A stretch of DNA of 64,000 nucleotides, taken from contig OZ024743.1 in NCBI GenBank assembly GCA_964016885.1, positions 265,112,001 through 265,176,000 on the forward strand. Direction: 5' to 3'. This DNA is from Eledone cirrhosa. Its lineage: Eukaryota. The number at the start of each line of letters is the position of its first letter. Position 1 is the stretch's first letter. The notes under the pieces are model-generated. The model did not search any database and was not told the origin of the DNA. It saw only the letters and a program-made list of their open reading frames with translations. Below are positions 56,337 through 64,000 of the stretch, in pieces. The position numbers and the translations under genes are program-made.

Positions 56337-56889
56337 TTCTCTCCCTCTCCCACTCTCTCCTACTCTCTTTTACTCTACATCGATACATATCCATACGCAC
56401 TTACACACATGCACACACAAATAAACACACGCATATAAATATATTGTATATATATTTATATACATATAAATGCATGTTGTGAACATATGTATATGTATAT
56501 TCGTAAGTGTATATCTATAAATATACATTTGTGTGAGAGATGTGCCGGAGGAAAATTAGCCAACTTTCTCTCTCTCACTTTCTATCCTTCACTGGAAGAC
56601 CTCTGAAAATGCCCAAGTCATGCCGTTTGAAAATCAGTTTCTCCTACGATTTCATCATGATTAACGATAAGAATCACAAGAGCAATAACCGAAACAATAA
56701 CATCTGAAAAACAAGAGCAACAACAAAAATCAACGTAGGTGTCCAAATTTGACGGCCTCCTCACTGTGGGTCAAGGAAACTGAACATTGATCTTTGATTT
56801 CGATCAGGCGAACGACAACGTAGTGAAACCAACTCATATGCAAGAAGTAGATCAACAGCGAAAATCTCAACCAAACTGACAGCAACAAC

Positions 56890-57100
56890 GGTTTCTAATG
56901 TAGGCGCAGGGCAAACAATCTCGGTGGGCGAGGTTAAATCGATTATATAGAGCCTAGAAATTGACTACTACAATGTTTTATCAAACTCGAAAAAATGAAA
57001 GTCAATGTTGACTTCGGCGGGATATTATCTAAAGAAATAAAGGACGAAGGAAGTACATCATTGCATTTTTTCAGACACTCTACTGATTCTTCCAATCCAG
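56890..57100 (-). mobile_element. Old SINE copy
   Basis: Diverged ATGAAAGTCAATGTTGACTTCGGCGGGA. Confidence 0.65.
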
Positions 57101-57638
57101 CACAACAATAGCATCATCGACAACAAAATGACAAGCATAATTATGAGCAACACTAAGCAACACTATAACCACCATTAATAATAACATCATCTTTAACAAA
57201 TTCAGCAACAAAAACAACCGCCATTACTAACATTACTAACACCATCAACAGCCAAAACAGACAAAATGTGATAGTGATAACCGCTTTGATCGTAGATTTC
57301 GTTGTTTGCCATCGGCGGAGTGATGTGATTGTAGCAGGCTACATGTGTGAGTATGAGAGATGTGTGTGTGTGTGTTGTTTGTGTGATTGTAGCTATTGTT
57401 GTTTGTATGTAGATGTGTTGTGATAATAGTCGTGTATATGGGATGTATTGTGTGTTTATAGATGTTTATGTGTACTGGGGATTGTGGGAGTACGCGTGTG
57501 TGTTTGTAGTTGTTAGTGTCTCTGGAGGTGGGAGTGCTGGAGTGTGGTATGGTGTATCGGTGTGTGTTGGATTGTTACTGCGTGTGTCAGTATATGTTTG
57601 TGAATGTGGTTCTTTGTATGTGGGTAGAATGATATTGC

Positions 57639-57905
<267 letters not shown>

Positions 57906-58664
57906 TTATGTGAGTATGCGAGGCCTCCTGTGGTTCTACAAAGAATATTCCAGTTGATTAATCAAAGAAATAACATGAATGTGCAAGAGTCTGAGTATTC
58001 CACGGACACATATAGATTTAAAGTATTCTCGGGGAGATTTAGCGACAACTTGTATGACCAAATTGGCCATTTGCTTTACACAAGTATACAAATAACCGCA
58101 GGGAGTCGAACTTACAACTTTAAGAACGTGAATCGAACATCATATTCACTATGTTACTCTCATCCATTATTCGCAGAAAAACCATCCTTCGGGTGATTTT
58201 CTGCTAGCATGTGTAGTGTGCATATTGATAGTATACGCAAATATATATGCATATATACATAAAATATAATCGTAATTGAGAATATGCACAGAAATTGAAG
58301 AGAGACTCTGTTATACTGACTTCTGTAATCAGTAAAGTAATCCAGGATACATTTTTTCAAAAGACGATATTATATATAAACTGCATTACAGTGAAATGTA
58401 ATGACATTGAAAATAAAAAAAGGAGAATATTAGCGACGGAAATATAAACGATATGATATAACGATGCACATATATGAACGTTTATATAAGCGACATGTGA
58501 TATAGCGTCCGTTATATCATAACCAGACGCATTGACATTTGAAAATTATAAAAGAAGTGAATCTTAAAATAAGCAATCATTATATGTAAGAATAGTAACG
58601 TATGATCCACAGCTACGAAATTTAGTACATCACTTACGTAATATTCATTCATTATTTATTCAAA

Positions 58665-58840
58665 GTATCGGTAGAGGGTCCGGACGCCATGCTTTGACGT
58701 ATTGAGTTACGGCCCTTGCATTCTGATTTCAAATCCCGCCGAGGTTAACTTTGCCTTTCATCCTTACGGGGTCGATAACATAAAGTACCATTAATGCACT
58801 GGGTATTTGCTGGCCTTGTGCCAAAAGTAGAAACAATTAT
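58665..58840 (+). mobile_element. SINE copy
   Basis: Homology to the SINE at 1578. Confidence 0.85.
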
Positions 58841-59591
58841 TTCTTCAAAGTAATCCAAATTATTTTACTAACTGGATAAAAAAATATATTCAGGACACAG
58901 TCCTCCCTTTATTATATTATGATTGATTCTTCAGCATTCCATCTTCTTACAGAAAAAAACGAGCCAATGATCTCCTGATATAAGGTGGCCCTGACCTCGA
59001 TACACTAGTAATACTCTTATGGTTTCCCAACGCACACTCATAGCACAACCCATTAAGATATGCATGTATGTATGTATGCGTTCTTCTGGTTTTATAATCT
59101 CACACATGTTTTCCCTATAGAGAGAGAGAATCGGTTTCTAACATAGACACACGACTCTCTCATTGGAATTTACACAACATCAACCAGGTAGATTACGTAT
59201 GCATGCATGCATGTGTAGATATGGGTGTTATTGTATGTGTGGATGTGTATGTTTTGAATTGTATGTGTGCATGTGTATATGCTTTTTATCTGTACATGTG
59301 TATATACAGTTATTATTTTATACACATACGTCTTATGTTTCTTCTCCAGCTTCTTTGTCATCTATAATTAATTACATACATGCATATGCAAAAACATATA
59401 TATATGAATAAAGTAAGACCAATCAAATATCAGAGAAAGAGAGAGATAGATAGATACAGAGAGAGACAGAGAGATAGAGATAGAGAGAGAGGGAGAGATA
59501 GAGTGTGTGTGTGGGGGGGGGGGATGAGTTAAAGAGAACAAATGTTCTATTGTAAAGTCAGTGTGAATATCTATCTATCTATCTATCTAAC

Positions 59592-60738
59592 CCTTCTAAC
59601 GGAGGGCTGGGGATGCCGTGGTTGACGATGCGCAAACACGCGCTCAGGCTGCGGCATCTCTACGTATTCCTCACCAGACAACCGGTGTGGGCCCCGTTCG
59701 TGACGCGTACCTTCCCACGACTCGTCTCGCTGACCGAGCTGCAGTCCTGGGTCAAGCAAAGACCGAGGAAAATGGGCGACTGGCACATCGTATGTGCTCA
59801 GGCGCTCACAGTCCTCTGGCAAACGGACCCGGCGATCAGTGGAGACTCCACTTCGTCATTCTATAGAGGGTTGGTCCGCAGCAAGTGCGACGACGCGCTC
59901 AGTGAAACTCTAGGCGTAGAGGAAGATGAACTGGCCAGTCTGTTCGGTAGGACCTTCCGCCCGGGACCGATGGACAACTTCCAAAAGTCCCTGGCCTGGC
60001 AGTGCTACCGAGGAGCTCTACCAGTTCGAGACAAGCTCTACAGACATGGGCGCCCGGGCAGGGACCCTGCAAAAAAGATCTGTCCGAGGTGCGTGCGAGA
60101 CGAAGAAACCGTCGCGCACGCATTCATACACTGCCCGGGCGTCACTGACCTGTGGGGCTATGTAGAACGACTATTGTCGCGGGTGGGACCAATCCAGTTG
60201 ACCACCGAGTCCATTGTCATGATCAAACCGCCACCCTCCTTCAAAAACGAAGGAGAGGCGGTTTTCCTTTGTGTGATAGCTATGGCGAAAGAGGTTGTAT
60301 GGTGGACAAGGTTGAAAGGGCTGAGGTCAGACACCTTTCTCTCGGGCCAACAACTGATTCTTTTTTTCAAATACCACTTTGGAAGAAGAATCAGGATGGA
60401 GAGAGAGGTAATGTACCCCAGCAAGTTTTATGAAAGGTGGGTGAAAGTGGCGAGAATGGCCCGAGTGAATGGGCCTTCTCTCTATATCAGCCTGTAGGTT
60501 GAGGAAAAGGAGGAGGAGAGGAAAGGAGTACAAGCTCTTCGTACTCCTGGAGATGAGGGTTGCACATTTTTTTTCGGGGGTATGTGTTACCCATATAAAC
60601 TGTCTCCCTCTATTGGGGAAAATCGACTAACTTTTTAAATTCCATTTGTGATAACATTTTACACGTTTTTATTGTATGTAAACTTCCCCCTTTGTATTTG
60701 TCCCCCTCTTTTGTGCCCCTGTGGCTAATAAAGAAATA
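59592..60738 (+). mobile_element. 5'-truncated L1/Tx1-clade LINE with 16-bp TSD in (TATC)n
   Basis: TATCTATCTATCTAAC at 59576-59591 and 60739-60754, with AATAAA near the 3' end. Confidence 0.85.
59613..60497 (+). pseudogene. C-terminus of Tx1/L1 ORF2 (zf-RVT)
   Basis: Uninterrupted 294 aa containing WQCYRGALPVRDKL..CPRC..EETVAHAFIHC..LW. Confidence 0.85.
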
Positions 60739-61097
60739 TATCTATCTATCTAACTATCTATCTATACAGAAATCTATCTATATATTAATTATTTTTTTAT
60801 TTCAATCTATATTTAATCAAATTATTAGAAAGTTTGACACGGATTGTATGCAAGAATATAAAATATTTTTTCGTTGAAATCGAAACCACGAATGACAGAT
60901 TTTATATCTTCAAAATTGTGCCTGGTTGTGCATTCTGTGTGTGTATGTGTGTGTGCGGGTATTTACATTGGTGCGCGTTATGTGTATGAATGCGAATAAC
61001 TGACTTAGTTTGTATGTAACTGCATACCAATTATATGTAAACAGGTTTGTCTGTGTATATTCATACGTGTGTAAATGAGCAGTGCCTCCGATTGTCG

Positions 61098-61152
<55 letters not shown>

Positions 61153-61155
<3 letters not shown>

Positions 61156-63388
61156 TGGTGTAGCTAGGGTAAACGGTGCCCAGGGCAAGCATCAAAATTA
61201 GGCCCCCCCCTCCCCCATAAAAAGTTCAAGATCCACAAAGACGAAATTGCGGTAGAATTTAGAATAAAAAAACCAAAAAAAAACGGTTACAACTTGATTT
61301 TTCGGGCTTTTAAGGAGGCAAACTGGTTGATAATTTCCTCGAAATCAGTTCGTTCAAACTCTTCGATTACTATACTCAAAAGGGCGAGGTCAGTCAGCCG
61401 TGGTTGGCCCATTGAGGTTCGCAAATACGAATGATTAGCTTCAGCTTGCTGAACGACCTCTCGTAACTTGCAATTGAAATAGAAATCGTCAACATTATTT
61501 GAATGCTGATTCGCAAATTGGGAAAAACACATTCATCGCCGTATTGTATCATGAATTGGAGAAGTGTATCATGAATTGGGTCAGCTGTTCTATTAGCCAG
61601 TAAAGATCGGCAGTCCAAGATTTGCTCATACAATTGCTCTCCGTCGATGTCGGAGTTGTATAGTTCCGCAAGTCTGTTGCACCTATGGTTAAGGACAAGG
61701 TTATCGGGAGAAGCCAAATAAAACAGATAGTTGACATCAAGAAGAAAGCCAAAACTTGAGTCGGTTTGCTTAAGTCGAATAAACCGTTCTTCCATTTTTG
61801 TTTGAAGACGATTGAGTGAACTTTGCATTGCTCTATCTATCTCTTTTCTGGCAGCCACCTCGACAACCTCAGTAATTTCGGTATTGGTTTGTCGTCTTCC
61901 TCGCCTTCTCGGAAAATCGACATTCCATTTCTGGCAGAGGTCGAAGCCCATTTCAAGAGACTCGTGGATTAAGGATGTTCCTTCTTCTTTAAAATAAAGT
62001 TGAAGGGCTCCTTATATCAGCTGCAGCATCGTGAACATTCATTCTTGGATCTTGAAGTCTCTTTTGAACCCGGTCAATTTGTGAGAGAATCGTGTTCCAG
62101 AATCCAATCAAGTTCAGGAATTCATAACTCAGTATCCGATTGTGGAGATTACTGGCATCACTTCTACTCTCGCATGTCTCTGTTTCATCATCACTAATTC
62201 TTTCGAGAACTTGAACAATCAGTCAAATAATTCGCCACCGGTCTGACTGCGGTACATCTAGCACTCCACCGCGTGTCGGAAGGATATTTAACAACCACTG
62301 GAGCAACTTCTTTAAGGGCTTCCCATCATCGTGTTGAACGAGTAAAAAAGTTGTATAACGAGTCAATGCAACTGAAAAAGTTCGTTTTGGGCTGCATAAG
62401 ACCAGCCAGATTAAGTGAAGGGTTATTGCAATTAACGAAGTGAATCAAATTCTTCTTCTCTCTCATTCTCTGCTGAACCCCACTGCGGTGCCCAGCCATT
62501 ATGGCAGCACTGTCACAGCACTGCGATCGACGATTATACAGTGATAAGTAATCTTTTTCTAGCTCTTTCACGATTGTCTCAACAAGGCTTGCGGCATTTT
62601 TTTTGATTACTTGAATGAATCCAAGAAAAGATTCCCTCACAACGACCGTCTTCATATTGAAATCAACATCGACATATCGGAAACTTTTGACAGTTGTGCT
62701 CGGTGCGCCTGGTCAGAGGTCGAATCAATCAGCAGACCATAGTATCTTGCTTTTTGGATACGATTTATTAAATTCTGACGAACTGTATTATAGGAGAAAA
62801 CATTGAACCATCTAAACTGGAGTCAAATTGAATTCCTAATAGAAGCTATCCGATCCTATCTGGCCATTTGGATTGTGATACCTTTTCTATACGTCTTATG
62901 TACCAGTTGTAAAAGACAAACTACTGTGTTTTGTAAACCAGCTTCATAATTATAACTATCTTGTATTGGTCACTGCAATGCATTGCTAAAAATAGCGCCT
63001 GCGTGTCCATCATTTGCACGTCCAAAACTACGTCCCTTCAGTCAGAGCGTGTGTTGGTGTGAGGGGTGTTGTGAGATCAAGTGAGGTATCCGCGGTTTTG
63101 CAATGTATAGGTAAAAATAGCGCCCGCATAATTGCAGCCCACCTTGCTGTTTGTCTGGAGAGGGGGCGGGTCGTTTTTGTGAAGTCAAATCAGACATCTG
63201 CTCTGCTTAGTGCACTAGACATGGCGTGGAAGTCGGCTATCAAGAAATCACATGCTTCATTTTTGGCTTATATTTTTAAAAATGATAAAACGACATGGAT
63301 GTAAATCGATCTAGGTCGAAATTGAGCCCCCCCCCCTAAATATGGCGCCCGTGGCATGTGCCATGCTTGCCACACCCTAGTAACTCCA

Positions 63389-63391
<3 letters not shown>
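61153..63391 (-). mobile_element. hAT (Tip100/ZMYM1-like) DNA transposon, decayed
   Basis: TIRs CAGTGGTGTAGCTAGGGT / ACCCTAGTAACTCCACTG, inserted in (TA)n. Confidence 0.88.
61287..62700 (-). pseudogene. hAT transposase with C-terminal dimerisation domain, frameshifted
   Basis: ESFLGF, SQCCDSAAIMAG..GVQ, FVNC..SLNL, DTRWSAR, FPNL..LTI..ERSFSKLKLI, YLRTSMGQPRLTDLALLSI. Confidence 0.88.
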
Positions 63392-63430
<39 letters not shown>

Positions 63431-63544
63431 ATCTATATATGTATATATATCTCTTTTATATATATATATATAACTTTCCAGGGATAACTTGAACCGTTAA
63501 GGTATATCATCCTTGGTCATGTCAAGTATTTATAAAACATTTTG

Positions 63545-63606
63545 TATTTTATCTGATGATAGGGTACCAACAATGTTGGTACCCTTGAAATATATATAAT
63601 AAAATA
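63545..63606 (+). ncRNA. Intact minimal type I hammerhead
   Basis: tattttat CTGATGA t agggtaccaac-aat-gttggtaccct t GAAA tatata TA ataaaata. 8-bp stem I, 11-bp stem II. Confidence 0.88.
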
Positions 63607-63813
63607 AATATGGTTTTATAAATATAGTTTTCCATTTATTTAATATTAATTGAATTATATATATATATTTGTGTGTGTGTGCCTGTGTGTGTGTGTGTAT
63701 ATATATATTGTATATATATATATAATGTTATGCTTGGGGAGGGTCATATGGTTGTAATAATATTGCCAGAAATAATAACAGAACACACTCACTGTTTGGC
63801 TCAAAACGAATGT

Positions 63814-63851
<38 letters not shown>

Positions 63852-63927
63852 TATATTTATATATACAATATATATATATATACATACACACACACACTCA
63901 TACACACATACACACACACACACACAA

Positions 63928-63970
<43 letters not shown>

Positions 63971-64000
63971 TAATTCAATTGATATGAAACTCTTAATTGA

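Noticed and set aside
57930-58196. 88-aa non-repetitive ORF
   Set aside because: No recognisable motif or splice context.

Overview
AT-rich, microsatellite-saturated eukaryotic non-coding DNA. The tRNA-derived SINE family and repeat load suggest an octopus/cephalopod genome (inference). No host exon is recognisable, and almost all listed ORFs are microsatellite artefacts. The window is a mosaic of transposons. It holds several Penelope-like elements (PLEs; RT + GIY-YIG, with partial-tandem and inverted pseudo-LTRs), an internally deleted mariner, a decayed hAT, a Tx1/L1 3' end with a 16-bp TSD, CRE- and RTE-type LINE fragments, a Helentron/HINE-like element and about 20 SINE copies. The main hidden signal is a dense, diverse set of type I hammerhead ribozyme (HHR) motifs (about 15 loci, folded by eye). 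Several sit in PLE pseudo-LTRs. Others sit in ORF-less 430-690 bp monomers with terminal redundancy and 5' inversions, i.e. retrozyme-like non-autonomous PLE parasites. Recurrent variants include a U3:A8 core, a U-U pair at the base of stem II and a branched stem II. Promoter-type motifs recur just upstream of the ribozymes.
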